The notes beneath the pieces were generated by a model, which was not told the DNA's origin, ran no database searches, and saw only the letters and a list, made by a program, of their open reading frames with translations. From NCBI GenBank assembly GCA_963749495.1, contig CAVVMW010000030.1, forward strand, positions 128,001 through 192,000: a stretch of 64,000 nucleotides of DNA, read 5' to 3'. Positions 44,378 to 54,671 of the stretch are shown here, one piece after another (the stretch's first letter is position 1; each line of letters opens with the position of its first letter). This DNA comes from an uncultured bacterium (GTDB lineage Bacteria; Verrucomicrobiota; Verrucomicrobiia; Limisphaerales; UBA8199). The translations under genes were made by a program, and so were the position numbers.

Positions 44378-45244
44378 ATGCGAATCGTGAAGTCGGTTCA
44401 GGCCATGCAGCGGCGGGCCAAAGACTGGCGCCGGCACGGGGCGCGTGTCGGGCTGGTGCCGACAATGGGTTGCCTGCACGCCGGGCATCTGAGCCTTGTC
44501 GAGCGCGCCCGCAAATGCGTGGGCCGTGCCGGCAAGGTCGTCGTCAGCATTTACGTCAACCCCACCCAGTTCGGCCCGCAGGAGGATTTTTCGCGTTATC
44601 CTCGAGATTTGGCGCGGGACGCGCGGCTGTGCCGCCAGGCCGGGGCCGACGTGGTCTTTGCGCCCGGTGATGAAGAGATGTACGGGCGCGAAGGGGGCGC
44701 GGCCTTCAGCACTTATGTGACCAAGGAGGCGCTCTCCAGGGGCATGGAAGGCGCCTCGCGCCCAACGCATTTTCGCGGGGTCGCCACGGTGGTGGCCAAG
44801 TTGTTCAACATCGTGCTGCCGGACGTGGCGGTCTTCGGCGCGAAGGACTGCCAGCAGGCGGCCATCATCAAACGAATGGTTCGGGACCTGAACTTTCCGC
44901 TGACGGTGGTAGTGGCGCCCACATGCCGGGAGCCGGACGGCCTGGCGCTGAGTTCGCGCAACCGGTATCTGGAGGGCGGCCTGCGCGAGCAGGCGCTGGT
45001 CCTGTGGCGCGCCATCCAGGAGGCCCGCTCGGGGGTCGTGCGCTCCGCCCGGCCGCTGGCGGTGGCCGCGCTCAAGGGCCGCCTGGAAAAGCTCATCCGG
45101 CAGGTCCCGGCCGCGCGGCTGGACTACGTCGAGTTCTTCGAGCCGGAGACGCTGATCCCGGTGGCCAGAGTGCAGCCCGGCACCCACATCGCACTGGCCG
45201 TTTTCATCGGCAAGACTCGGCTGATTGATAATGCCAGGCTCTGA
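44378..45244 (+). CDS. panC: Pantoate--beta-alanine ligase
   Basis: VPTMGCLHAGH, VNPTQFGPQED, RPTHFRGV, GLALSSRN, RLIDN. Confidence 0.95.
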   Translation: MRIVKSVQAMQRRAKDWRRHGARVGLVPTMGCLHAGHLSLVERARKCVGRAGKVVVSIYVNPTQFGPQEDFSRYPRDLARDARLCRQAGADVVFAPGDEEMYGREGGAAFSTYVTKEALSRGMEGASRPTHFRGVATVVAKLFNIVLPDVAVFGAKDCQQAAIIKRMVRDLNFPLTVVVAPTCREPDGLALSSRNRYLEGGLREQALVLWRAIQEARSGVVRSARPLAVAALKGRLEKLIRQVPAARLDYVEFFEPETLIPVARVQPGTHIALAVFIGKTRLIDNARL

Positions 45245-45272
45245 GCGAGGCGGGCTTTTCGGACGGGGGGCC

Positions 45273-45434
45273 TTGTCCCGAAGGGACATCCGACAATAGC
45301 CCAACGTTTCAACGTTGGGTCCGGGGTGGCCGACGCACCCGAGTCCCGAAGGGACGGCTGAGCCTCACTCCCATTCAGCCGTCCCTTCGGGACTCACGCA
45401 GCGAAAAAGCCGCTCTTACCCGACGTTGAAACGC
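45273..45434. repeat. REP-like cluster (GTCCCGAAGGGAC family, related to 40355-40545)
   Basis: CCCAACGTTTCAACGTTGGG and GTCCCTTCGGGAC hairpins. Confidence 0.7.
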
Positions 45435-45591
45435 TTGTCTTTACCCGCATCGCCGCCCTCGCTCATTGACCAGAGCTTATCGCATCCGTTGCCTTCAGGC
45501 CGAAGGCCTGAAAGCGGCCAAAAGTCTGCAGCCGCTCTAATGGTTACTATTTTAACCTGCACACCCGCTCCTGCCCCGCTTGCCTCCGGGC

Positions 45592-45620
45592 TTGACGTGG
45601 CACCGTTTTGCGCTTGGAAT
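45592..45620 (+). promoter_or_regulatory. Possible sigma70 promoter
   Basis: TTGACG-17 bp-TGGAAT, 6 nt before an in-frame GTG. Confidence 0.35.
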
Positions 45621-45626
45621 CCTTCC

Positions 45627-47951
45627 GTGAAACATAAATTGTTCCCTCGCCCATCGCCCCTCGTCCCTCACCCCTGCAACCTCCGGTTGCTCATGAACCG
45701 AGGTCTCATTCCGGCCCTGATGTTGGCAACTGCGTTCGCCCCGGCCACGCTGGGCTGGTGCCAGGAGACGCCGGCAAGGCCATCCGTCGAGCCGGCGCGG
45801 AGGATCAGCTTCGAGGGCCCGGAGGCGCTGGGGGGCTGGGCGGTCACGGGCGACGTGGTGGTGGACAAGGCCAAGGGCCGGCGTGAGGGCGCCAGTTCCT
45901 TGCGGGTCGGCCCGGGCGGCAAGGCCGTTCTCAAGCTGCGGGAGCAGGATGCCTCGGGCAAGGCCGAGGTCTGGGTCTATGACGATGTCGCCACGCCTGC
46001 GAACCCCAAGGCCTCGCGCGTGGGCCCGCGCTGGGGCCTGGTCCAAGGCGACGGACGCCTGCTGGCCGTGGGCATCCTTTATGCCGGCTATCTTGGCGGC
46101 GACGAGGGCTACACCGCCACGGCCTCCGACGGCAAGGATTGGTTCGATCAATTGTTCTGGCTAGGCATCAGGCGCGCCCCGGCCGCGTGGCACAAGTGGA
46201 CCTTCAACTTCGATGCCGAGAACGGCCTGGAGGTCCTCCACAATGACAAGGAAGTCGAGGCGGTGGACGCGGCCAAAACGGGATTGAAAGGGTTCAACGC
46301 CATCGTGTTTTGGGGCGACGCCGGCCAGGGCAACGGGCAGACAATCTGGCTGGCGGACCTCGGGGTGACGCTGGGCGGGCCGGCCAAACCGTTCGTGGCT
46401 CCGCCGGAGGCCGACCCCTACTCGGAGAGCGCCTTGGCGGCAGAGGGGCCGAGCCGCCCGGCGGTCGTTTATACTCCGAGCAACGCGCCCCAGACCCCGC
46501 AGCTCGAGGACCTGCCACTCGAAGGGCGCGTCTCCCAATACGGGATGACCTGGACTTTCGACAAACCGGCGCGAGTCGGCCGATTCATTAACGGGGATTG
46601 GTACGTGGTGGGGCCGGTGACCGTACAGGCCATCGAGCCCAAGCCGCTCTGGGGCGCCGAGATTCCGAAACGCGAACTCGACCACATGGACAAAGAGCGC
46701 AAAGAGGAGCAGCGCGTGCGCAACGGTTTCATGGTCAACCCGCCGCCCCAGATGCGCGTCGCCTACGACAGCGGCGTGCGCAACTGGTTCGACCCGGCGC
46801 TGATCCAGAAATTGCCCGTGGTCCTGAACCCGGGCGATTCGCTGGTCTCGACCATCAGCATGCCCAAGGGGCTGGTGCTCCATGCCCAGTTGCGAAACAA
46901 GATCGAGCGCGGGTCCGAAGACAGCAGCCCTATCCGCACCGCCGCGGTGCTGACGTGCGTGAACGGGCCGCAGCCGGCAGATGCGTTCCGGCCCGCCTTC
47001 TGCAACCGGCAGCAGCGGATTTACCTGGCGCGCAACCTCAAGCGCGAGCTGCTGCCTCGAGCGGCGGCCACCCAAAGCATCCCCGGAATCCAGCGGTATG
47101 CCCGGTTCACGCAGCGGCCATGGGTCGGCACTTGCTTCTTCGGGTTCGAGGAACCGGTGGAGAACATGCCGCAATACGGGCTGGAGTATGGGCGGGTGGC
47201 GGGGATTTGCGCGTTGCTGCTGTGTACGGACCTGGCGCCGGAGCAGAAGGAGCCGTTGCTGGTCAATTACGTCCAGGTGGGCATCGACCTGGGCGGGATG
47301 ATCCGGGCCGGCCACCCGGGCTGGACCTGCTGGGGCGGGCACGGCAGCGGGCGCAAGCTGCCCATCGTCTTTGCCGGCCTGCTGCTGGGCGACGACCAAT
47401 TGGCCCACATCAACAAGAGCTTCCCCACTGCCAGCTTCGGCGAAGACGAGCAGACCGCCTATGGCGAGTGCTGGACCGGGGCCAAGGTGGTTTTCGCCGG
47501 ACACTCGGGCATCGACACCGCCACGGGCGTGGGCCGCGCCCGCGCCCGCGGCCAGCCATGGGGGCCTTACGAGCACCGGCCGCCCTCGGAATGGAAAGAG
47601 GGTCAGAACACCAGCGAGAGCTACCGCCGCTGCTGCACCAGCGTCGGCTGGGTCGCCCAGGCCCTGGCCCTGCGCCTGCTCCATGCTGAAGACGCCTGGA
47701 ACCACTCTGCCTTCTTCGACTACGTCAACCGCTGGATGGGCGAAAATGACGCCCAGTTCGTCAAAGCCATCAAGCAGGCCACAGGCCAGGACCACGACAA
47801 GGAGTGGGCGCGGCAAGGACAGGCCTGGGACGCCTTCGTCAACGAAATGTGGGCCCGCCACCGCCCGGCCCTGGCCGCCCCGGCCGATGGCTGGAAGCAG
47901 AAACACGACGACACCTACTACCGGGCGGCGATCGAGAAGTCCAGGCAATAG
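45627..47951 (+). CDS. Secreted hypothetical protein
   Basis: Long ORF with GC3-biased codons and a signal peptide; start GTG 45627 or ATG 45693. Confidence 0.75.
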   Translation: MKHKLFPRPSPLVPHPCNLRLLMNRGLIPALMLATAFAPATLGWCQETPARPSVEPARRISFEGPEALGGWAVTGDVVVDKAKGRREGASSLRVGPGGKAVLKLREQDASGKAEVWVYDDVATPANPKASRVGPRWGLVQGDGRLLAVGILYAGYLGGDEGYTATASDGKDWFDQLFWLGIRRAPAAWHKWTFNFDAENGLEVLHNDKEVEAVDAAKTGLKGFNAIVFWGDAGQGNGQTIWLADLGVTLGGPAKPFVAPPEADPYSESALAAEGPSRPAVVYTPSNAPQTPQLEDLPLEGRVSQYGMTWTFDKPARVGRFINGDWYVVGPVTVQAIEPKPLWGAEIPKRELDHMDKERKEEQRVRNGFMVNPPPQMRVAYDSGVRNWFDPALIQKLPVVLNPGDSLVSTISMPKGLVLHAQLRNKIERGSEDSSPIRTAAVLTCVNGPQPADAFRPAFCNRQQRIYLARNLKRELLPRAAATQSIPGIQRYARFTQRPWVGTCFFGFEEPVENMPQYGLEYGRVAGICALLLCTDLAPEQKEPLLVNYVQVGIDLGGMIRAGHPGWTCWGGHGSGRKLPIVFAGLLLGDDQLAHINKSFPTASFGEDEQTAYGECWTGAKVVFAGHSGIDTATGVGRARARGQPWGPYEHRPPSEWKEGQNTSESYRRCCTSVGWVAQALALRLLHAEDAWNHSAFFDYVNRWMGENDAQFVKAIKQATGQDHDKEWARQGQAWDAFVNEMWARHRPALAAPADGWKQKHDDTYYRAAIEKSRQ

Positions 47952-48009
47952 ACGAGGCCGGAGTGCGCCCGTCCCCGGGCGCAGCGACGTCCGGAGCCAG
48001 GCCAGCGGT

Positions 48010-48153
48010 CTGCTGTCCCGGACTTTGGATGACTTTGGCGTCTTTGTCGGAGCCTTTGTCGCAACCTTTGTCGGGTTGGCCTGTTTTCGACAAAGGTCTC
48101 GACAAAGGCTGCGACAAACCTTCCGAAAAGTCACTCAAAGTCCGGTGCAGTAG
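48010..48153. mobile_element. 144-bp MITE (12-mer core) nested in a REP element spanning 47959-48244
   Basis: About 27-bp imperfect TIR; 9-bp duplication GCCAGCGGT/GGCAGCGGT; the host element at 27872 has a single GGCAGCGGT. Confidence 0.8.
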
Positions 48154-48296
48154 GGCAGCGGTCACCCCCCCCGCGCGCCTGCCCGCTCCGTCGCTGCTGC
48201 GCCCGGGGACGGGCGCACTCCGGGGGCATTGTCAGGATGCGCCCGTCGCCGAATGCGGCTTGCCAAACGGCCTTGCCGGTGGTACGAGCGCAGGCC

Positions 48297-49521
48297 ATGA
48301 GATCCCTCACGGCAGTTGTCGTTGCGATATTGGGGATGCTGGGCGGTCGGGAAGCGGCCGCCGCAGACGGCCCGCAATGGAGGCACCTTTCGAGCGCCAC
48401 GGGCGACCTGCCCGTGCCCGGTCCATCGACGCAGCAGACCGGGGCGATTGTGGCAGACTTGGACAAGGACGGGACCAACGATTTTGTCCTGAGCTTTCGG
48501 CAGACGGCGCCTGCGCTGGTATGGTATCGGCGCACGCCCCAGGGCTGGGATCGGCTGGTGATCGAGACCAATTACCTGACCGTCGAGGCGGGCGGGGCCG
48601 TCTATGACATTGATGGAGACGGCAACCCGGACTTGGTCTTTGGCGGGGATTGGCAGAGCGACGAGGTTCTGGTGGTGGGAAAACCCATACCCGAATTTCG
48701 ACCCCAAGGTCCCCTGGAAGCGCCACACGATCAAGAAGGGCGGGGCGACCCAGCATCACGACCAGGTCTTCGGCGATTTCCTTGGGACCGGGCGGCCGCA
48801 ACTGGCGTTCTGGAACCAGGGGACCCGGAAGATCTTCCTGGCGGAAATCCCGGCCGACCCGCGCCGGGCCGAGTCGTGGCCGCTCATCGAAATCTTCTCC
48901 GGCGAGGCCGGCGAGGGCCGGAACACCGCCTTCAAGTACGCCGAGGGTATGGCCGCCTGTGACGTGGACGGTGATGGGAAGGTGGACCTGCTGGCCGGCA
49001 ATCTCTGGTTCAAGCACCGTGGCGGCAAGACGTTCACGCCCATTCAGATCGGCTCCATCGGCGGGCGCATCGCCGCCGGCAAGTTCAAACCCGGCAAGTA
49101 CCCCCAGGTGGTCATCGCCCCCGGCGACGGCGTCGGGCCCTTGCGCTGGTACGAGTGCGTGGGCAACCCGGAGAACTCCAAAGACTGGGTCGGTCACGAC
49201 CTGCTCGACCGCGACATGGTCCACGGGCACAGCCTCCAGGTGGCGGACATGGACGGCGACGGGCACCTCGACATTTTCGCCGCCGAGATGGCCAAGTGGA
49301 CTGAGTCGGCCAAGGCGCCCGACAACCCGAACGCCACGGCGTGGATCTTCTACGGGGACGGTCAGGGCCACTTTCGCAAGACCGTCTTCGCCACGGGCAT
49401 CGGCTTCCATGAGGCGCGAGTGGCCGACCTCAACGGCGACGGCACGATGGATGTCCTGGACAAGCCCTATAACTGGGAAGTCCCGCGTGTGGATGTGTGG
49501 CTGCAGGCGCCGCAGAGGTGA
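48297..49521 (+). CDS. FG-GAP/VCBS repeat protein; frameshift near 48670
   Basis: Signal peptide; repeated D.DGDG..D motifs. Confidence 0.85.
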
Positions 49522-49603
49522 GGGGGCGAGGGGCGAGGGGCGATCATCCTGCGCTCCCTCGACCCTCGGCCCTCGACCCTCGACCCTCGGCCCTCGACCC
49601 TCG
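49519..49603. repeat. Inverted heptamer arrays (GAGGGGC)n and (CCCTCGR)n between convergent genes; possible terminator
   Basis: 49519-49543 and 49556-49603. Confidence 0.75.
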
Positions 49604-49610
49604 CGTTGTC

Positions 49611-50103
49611 TCAGCGGTTCTGCCCTGGCATGGCCGGGGCTTGACCGGCTAGGATGATCTGGACTACGTCGCCGGGCTGGAGCGGGACATCTACCCCGTT
49701 CAGCAGGCCGGTTACATCCAAGCGGCGGCCCACGCCGCCGCGGACCAGGACGATCTGGGCTGGGTTGGCCGAGGGCAGGTATTCCGCGGCCATGATGGCC
49801 TTGAGCAAGGTCAGCCCTTCGGTCCAGGGGACGACGGGGTTTTTGACGGGGCCGTTGATTCTGACAATGGGGCCCTGGACCTGAGCTTGCTGAAGGCGTG
49901 TCACGGCCTCCTGCTGGCCGGCCAGGTAGGCGGCGTGGGCCTGGGCCGGCCCGGGACTTGGTCACACAGCCCGCCATCAATGCAGGCACCAGCAACGCAA
50001 GACAGGCGAGCGCGGCCCAGACGCTCGAGGCTCGGCGCCCTTGCGTGCCTTTTGGCCCTGGATAGCCAATAGGCAATAGCCAATAGCCAATGGTGCGTTT
50101 CAT
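49611..50103 (-). CDS. Putative lipoprotein with SLBB-like domain; frameshift near 49945
   Basis: Lipobox MAGC; GPVKNPVVPWTEGLTL..AI..A; PLQPGDVV. Confidence 0.6.
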
Positions 50104-51305
50104 GGCTTTTCTCCGGGGCGTTTGAGGATCTTGCCAAACTCGCTCTCACTCGGCTCGATTTCGATTCTGCCTGGGGTTTTGGGGGCGTGGGCAGGGGGCG
50201 TCCTGGCAGGGCCTTGGGATTTGGGGTTGATGGGGAAGGCCGGCGGCGGGAGCTGCGGCGGGGCGGAGGAGGCCTCGGCGGCCTCGGTGTCAGGCGGTTC
50301 CGGAGTGCGGCCCGGGATGTACCAGTTCGAGCGGCTGTCCAGCCAGGTGCGGTAGCGCTGGAAGGTCCACATGCCGAACTCGGCGCCGGTCTCGAGGGCG
50401 GAGACGATTTTGAAGAAATCGCGGTTGCGGATGAAATTCTTGACGGCGTGCGAGACGGCCAGGATTTCACACTCCGGCAGGCGGATGTTGAGGTCTGGGC
50501 GGAAGCGCAAGCGCTGGGAGATGACGGCCAGCAGGCAATCGGCGAGTTGGCCGGCGACGCTGCTCTGGATCTCGGCGGGAAAGGCTGAGACAACGCGCTG
50601 GAGGGCCTCGGCGCAAGTGGAGGAATGGACCGTGGCCAAGACGAGGTGGCCGGTCTCGGAGGCGTTCAAGGTCAGGCGCATGGTCTCGGGGTCGCGCATT
50701 TCGCCCACCATGAGCACATCGGGGTCCTCGCGCAAGGCATCGAGCAGGGCCTGCTCGAAGCTGGGCGTGTCGCGCCCGACCTCGCGCTGGCGGATGTAGG
50801 AGCGGCGCGGGCGGAAGGTGTATTCGATGGGGCTCTCGATAGTGACGATGTGGCGGGTCTCGGTGAGGTTGATCTCCTGGATGAGCGCCGCCAGGGTGGA
50901 GGACTTGCCCGAGCCGGTCGGACCGCTGACGAGGATCAGGCCGTGCGTCGGGTTGATCAGCTTCTTGAGGTCGGGGTGCAGGTTGAGCTTTTCGATGGTC
51001 GCCTGGAATGTGGCGAGCAGCCGGATGGCAAAGCCCACACCGCGCGAGGTCTGCAGGACGTTGATGCGGCAGCGGGCGCCGTGGATGGTCCTGGAGAAGT
51101 CGCACGAGCGCTGTTCCAGGAAATGCGGCCATAACTCTTCGCCGATGGCCTGGCGGGCCATGTCGAGCAGGGCCTTGCCCGTGACCGGCTCCTCCAGGGT
51201 GCGCAGCGAGCCGCGAATCCGCAGCGCCGCCGGCAAGCCGGCCTCCAGGTGCAAATCGCTGGCCCCGTTATTCAACGCCAGGCTGACTAGTGATTCCAAA
51301 TCCAT
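50100..51305 (-). CDS. pilT: PilT/PilU-family type IV pilus ATPase
   Basis: ASDLHL, GPTGSGKSSTL, TIESPIEY, ALREDPDVLMVGEMRD, SETGHLVLATVH. Confidence 0.88.
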   Translation of the reverse strand: MDLESLVSLALNNGASDLHLEAGLPAALRIRGSLRTLEEPVTGKALLDMARQAIGEELWPHFLEQRSCDFSRTIHGARCRINVLQTSRGVGFAIRLLATFQATIEKLNLHPDLKKLINPTHGLILVSGPTGSGKSSTLAALIQEINLTETRHIVTIESPIEYTFRPRRSYIRQREVGRDTPSFEQALLDALREDPDVLMVGEMRDPETMRLTLNASETGHLVLATVHSSTCAEALQRVVSAFPAEIQSSVAGQLADCLLAVISQRLRFRPDLNIRLPECEILAVSHAVKNFIRNRDFFKIVSALETGAEFGMWTFQRYRTWLDSRSNWYIPGRTPEPPDTEAAEASSAPPQLPPPAFPINPKSQGPARTPPAHAPKTPGRIEIEPSESEFGKILKRPGEKP

Positions 51306-51420
51306 GCCCAATCCTATCTCCGAACAACGGTCATGGCAAAAAGTTCCGTCGGCAGCGGCGTGGCGCCGATGGGGGCGCTTTTTTGTTGTCTGTGCCGGGG
51401 CGAAAGACCATCTTACCGTT

Positions 51421-51830
51421 ATGGAAACGACTGTAACACTCTCGTCGAAGGGCCAGTTGGCCCTGCCTAAGGGGCTCCGGCAGGAGGATCACCTCAGGCA
51501 GAGCGACGTCTTCCGCCTCGTCCGCCTCAGGCCCGGCACGTACTTGCTCGAGAGACTTGCCCCTCCTAGGCTCCCCCGGGCTGCGCTGGTCAGATCCAAA
51601 GATGGCTTCCTGGTGTTCCGCCCGCATCGAGGCGCCCCGGAGATGACCACGGAATTGGTGAAAAAACTGGGGGCGGAAACAATAATTACCTGGTGGCATT
51701 GGCTGGGCAACATCGGGGCAACCTTGCCACGCTCGATGCGTCTCTGGCGCGGGCCTTCGCCCGGGATCCAGACCGGGTGACGTTGATTGCCAATAGTCCA
51801 TTCGGAACAACGGCAGGGGCCAGGCGTTAA
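51421..51830 (+). pseudogene. AbrB/MazE-type antitoxin joined by deletion to a C-terminal PIN (VapC) toxin fragment
   Basis: METTVTLSSKGQLALPKGLR; from 51681 in another frame NNYLVALAGQHRGNLATLDASL. Confidence 0.65.
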
Positions 51831-52351
51831 CTCGTCGGGTCGGGCGATGAGGTGCGACCTTTAGCCTCTGTGCGCTCTCTTCCCGCCTCGAGCACTTCCA
51901 GGCAATGGGGGATGGCGGGGGCGACGAAGCCGAGGCACTCGACAGCGCCGCTGGGCTTGCCCGGCAGGCAGATGACCAGGACGCCCTGGAGGGCGACCGC
52001 CAGGCTGCGCGAGAGGATGGCATTGGGGGTGAGCTTGAGCGACTCGTTGCGCATGACCTCGCCGAAGCCCGGCAGGTCGCGGCCACCCAGTTCACGCACC
52101 GCCTCGGGCGTGATGTCGCGCGGCCCAACGCCGGTGCCGCCGGTCGTGAGGATGAGCCGGCACCCCCCCGCAGCCGCCTGCCGAATCGCGCGTTGGATCT
52201 CCAGCCGTTCGTCCGGCACCACCGCTTGGGCGGACACCCCCCAGCCATGGCCTTCCACCGCCCGCTTTAGGGCCGGCCCGGACAGGTCCTGGTAAACCCC
52301 GCGCGCCGCCCGGTCGGAAATGGTGATGATAGCTGTGGCGATGTGGGGCAT
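51827..52351 (-). CDS. mog: MogA/MoaB molybdopterin adenylyltransferase
   Basis: TISDR, DLSGP, ILTTGGTGVGPRDITPEA, LPGKP. Confidence 0.9.
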   Translation of the reverse strand: MPHIATAIITISDRAARGVYQDLSGPALKRAVEGHGWGVSAQAVVPDERLEIQRAIRQAAAGGCRLILTTGGTGVGPRDITPEAVRELGGRDLPGFGEVMRNESLKLTPNAILSRSLAVALQGVLVICLPGKPSGAVECLGFVAPAIPHCLEVLEAGRERTEAKGRTSSPDPTS

Positions 52352-52353
52352 AG

Positions 52354-52541
52354 GAGGCTATTCACAATAACATGGACACTATCGCGCCGGGATTTTGACC
52401 GCTGGCGAGGCGCGAGCGAGGAGCATACCCGAAGCGGTCTGTAACGAGCGAGCAACGACCCGTCCGCCGTAGCTTTAGCGAAGGCGGAAGCCAGAGGTCA
52501 AAAGACCAAGCGAGAGTGTTCATGGTATTGTGAATGGCCTC
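52354..52541. mobile_element. 188-bp palindromic MITE-like element
   Basis: 32-bp TIR GAGGCYATTCACAATAMCATGRACACTMTCGC (4 mismatches) plus internal pairing. Confidence 0.7.
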
Positions 52542-52547
52542 AAAAGC

Positions 52548-53000
52548 TCACTGCTTGGTCTTGGAGAGCAGTTTGATCCCGCCGATCTGCATGGTCTTGT
52601 CGATGGCCTTGCACATGTCGTAAATCGTGAGAGCGGCGATGCTGGCGGCGGTGAGGGCCTCCATCTCGACGCCGGTTTGGGCGGCGACACGGGCGGAGGC
52701 GAGGATGACGATGCGGTCGCGGGTCTTGGGGATTTGGAAATTGACTTCGCAATGGGTCAACGGCAGGGGGTGGCAGAGAGGGATGAGTTCACCGGTCTTC
52801 TTGGCGGCCATGATCCCGGCCAACCGGGCTGCGGCCAGGACATTGCCTTTGGCGATCGTCTGGGACTCGACCAGGTCCAATGTGGCCTTTTGGAGGCGGA
52901 CCTCGCCCCGCGCCACCGCCGTCCGCAACATCACCGGCTTGGCCGAGACATCCACCATGCTCGCCTCGCCGCCCGCATCAATATGAGTCAGCCGTTTCAT
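52548..53000 (-). CDS. moaC: Cyclic pyranopterin monophosphate synthase
   Basis: LTHID..MVDVSAK, LIPLCHPL, TGVEMEAL, IYDMCKA. Confidence 0.96.
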   Translation of the reverse strand: MKRLTHIDAGGEASMVDVSAKPVMLRTAVARGEVRLQKATLDLVESQTIAKGNVLAAARLAGIMAAKKTGELIPLCHPLPLTHCEVNFQIPKTRDRIVILASARVAAQTGVEMEALTAASIAALTIYDMCKAIDKTMQIGGIKLLSKTKQ

Positions 53001-53030
53001 ATCACACTCGATACGCTCCAGCCCTTTACG

Positions 53031-53109
53031 CAGGGTTCAGGGTTCGGGGTTCACGTTTCACGTTTCACGTTTCACGTTTCACGTTTCACGTTTCACGTTC
53101 CACGTTCCA
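53031..53109. repeat. Heptamer array (TTTCACG)n with (GGGTTCA) units
   Basis: Directly visible tandem units. Confidence 0.9.
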
Positions 53110-53111
53110 TT

Positions 53112-53882
53112 TCAGCCCTTCGCAACCGTTTCCATCCATTGCTTGAAGACCGCGCGCATCTGCTCAGCGGCGTTGAGCTTGGGTTTGACGTGCTTGAGAT
53201 TGTACCAGGGGAGCATGCCGAGCAAATCCGGGGTCACGAGGATCTGCCCGTCGCAATCCGGCCCGGCGCCGAGGCCGAGGGTCGGGATGGGGACGCGCCG
53301 GGTCACCTCTTTGGCCGTGCGCGGCGCCACCAACTCGAGGACCACCGCAAAGGCCCCTGCCCGGACCAGCGCCTCCGCATCGGCCAGCAGGTCCTGGTGT
53401 TCGGGCTCGGTCTTGCCCTTGACGCGATAGCCGCCCTCCTCGACCACGTGCTGGGGGAGCATGCCCAGGTGGCCCAAAAAGGGGATGCCGCCGGCCACAA
53501 TCGCATGGACCTGCCCGGCTATCCCGCGCCCGCCCTCGGCCTTGACCGCCTCCGCCCCCGCCGCCACCAGGCGCCTGGCGTTGGCCACTGCCTCCTCCAC
53601 CGTCTCGTAGCTGCGATAGGGCAGGTCGGCCGCCAGCAACGCGCGGGGTTTGGCCCGCGCCGCTGCCCGCACATGGTGCTCCATCTCCGCCATCGTGACG
53701 TGCGTCGTGTCCGCGTAGCCCAGCACCACCATCCCCAGAGAATCCCCAACCAGGATCAGCGGAATCCCTGCCTCGTCCAGCAGCCGCGTCATCGGAAAAT
53801 CGTAAGCCGTCAGCGCGGCTATCTTCTCTCCGCGCGACTTCATGGCCCTAATGTCCTGGGGAGTGATTTTGGTCCCTGTCAT
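53112..53882 (-). CDS. panB: 3-methyl-2-oxobutanoate hydroxymethyltransferase
   Basis: LTAYD, ILVGDSLGM, ADLP, VKAEGG, GHLG, GAGPDCDGQILV. Confidence 0.95.
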   Translation of the reverse strand: MTGTKITPQDIRAMKSRGEKIAALTAYDFPMTRLLDEAGIPLILVGDSLGMVVLGYADTTHVTMAEMEHHVRAAARAKPRALLAADLPYRSYETVEEAVANARRLVAAGAEAVKAEGGRGIAGQVHAIVAGGIPFLGHLGMLPQHVVEEGGYRVKGKTEPEHQDLLADAEALVRAGAFAVVLELVAPRTAKEVTRRVPIPTLGLGAGPDCDGQILVTPDLLGMLPWYNLKHVKPKLNAAEQMRAVFKQWMETVAKG

Positions 53883-53947
53883 GGCAACAACATTGCGAGG
53901 GGGGTCGAGCTGGACAAGTAAAAAGTGGGCCCTGGTAGTCGGTAGGC

Positions 53948-54148
53948 GGCCCGTTGACGAAGTCGTAGCGCAGGTTTCCAAACCTGCCGTATCGCCGATT
54001 TCCAATCGGCAGGGCGTCCGCATGTCCAGCGCCCCCGGTTTGCGGACGGCCTGCGGGTTTGGAAACCCGCGATACAGCAGGTTTGGAAACCTGCGCTACG
54101 CTGGCGCCCCCGGCGCACAGGCGCGCCGAGCGACTTTGTCAATGGCCC
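53948..54148. mobile_element. 201-bp MITE-like element, inverted copy of 28048-28248
   Basis: Same length, ends and core. Confidence 0.78.
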
Positions 54149-54307
54149 AGATGATCCCGCCCAATCGGCCCTGGAATAACCTTGCTGCGTCGGGAGCGAG
54201 CCGCTAGCCTGCCGAGAGTCATGCGCTTAACAGGTGCTGTACCGGAATTGGCATGGGGTGTGCAAGATTGGGTGACCGACCGCGTGAAGATTTTTGAAAG
54301 AATCTGG

Positions 54308-54352
54308 TTGACAACAATGGCGCGCTCATGTAAATACAATGTAAAGACATTG
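54308..54352 (+). promoter_or_regulatory. Promoter/operator of the TA pair
   Basis: TTGACA at 54308; palindromes TGTAAATACA (54329-54338) and CAATGT-N4-ACATTG (54337-54352). Confidence 0.5.
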
Positions 54353-54382
54353 CATGGGCGATACATATACAATTGAACGAAT

Positions 54383-54670
54383 ATGGAGTTCGATTGGCTT
54401 AACCCGCCCTTCAATCTCGAAGGTTCTTTGACGCAGCACGAAATCGAGGAATCGTTTGAAGACCCGTTTGCCATTCGATTGTTGCCTGATTCTCCCCGGT
54501 TCGCGGTCCAGGCCCGGTTCTTCAACCTGGGGATGTCCACCAATGGGGTGGGCATCTTCAGCGTCTATCGGACCAATGGCAAACAGATCCGGGTCATTCA
54601 CGCCCGGGCGTTTGATGCCGAGGAGCGGTTCTTCTATCAGAAGAAGCTGGACCAGATGCTGGCCCGCTAG
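54383..54670 (+). CDS. BrnT-like toxin
   Basis: MEFDW start, E.FEDP, IRVIHAR....EERFFY. Confidence 0.75.
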   Translation: MEFDWLNPPFNLEGSLTQHEIEESFEDPFAIRLLPDSPRFAVQARFFNLGMSTNGVGIFSVYRTNGKQIRVIHARAFDAEERFFYQKKLDQMLAR

Positions 54671-54671
54671 A

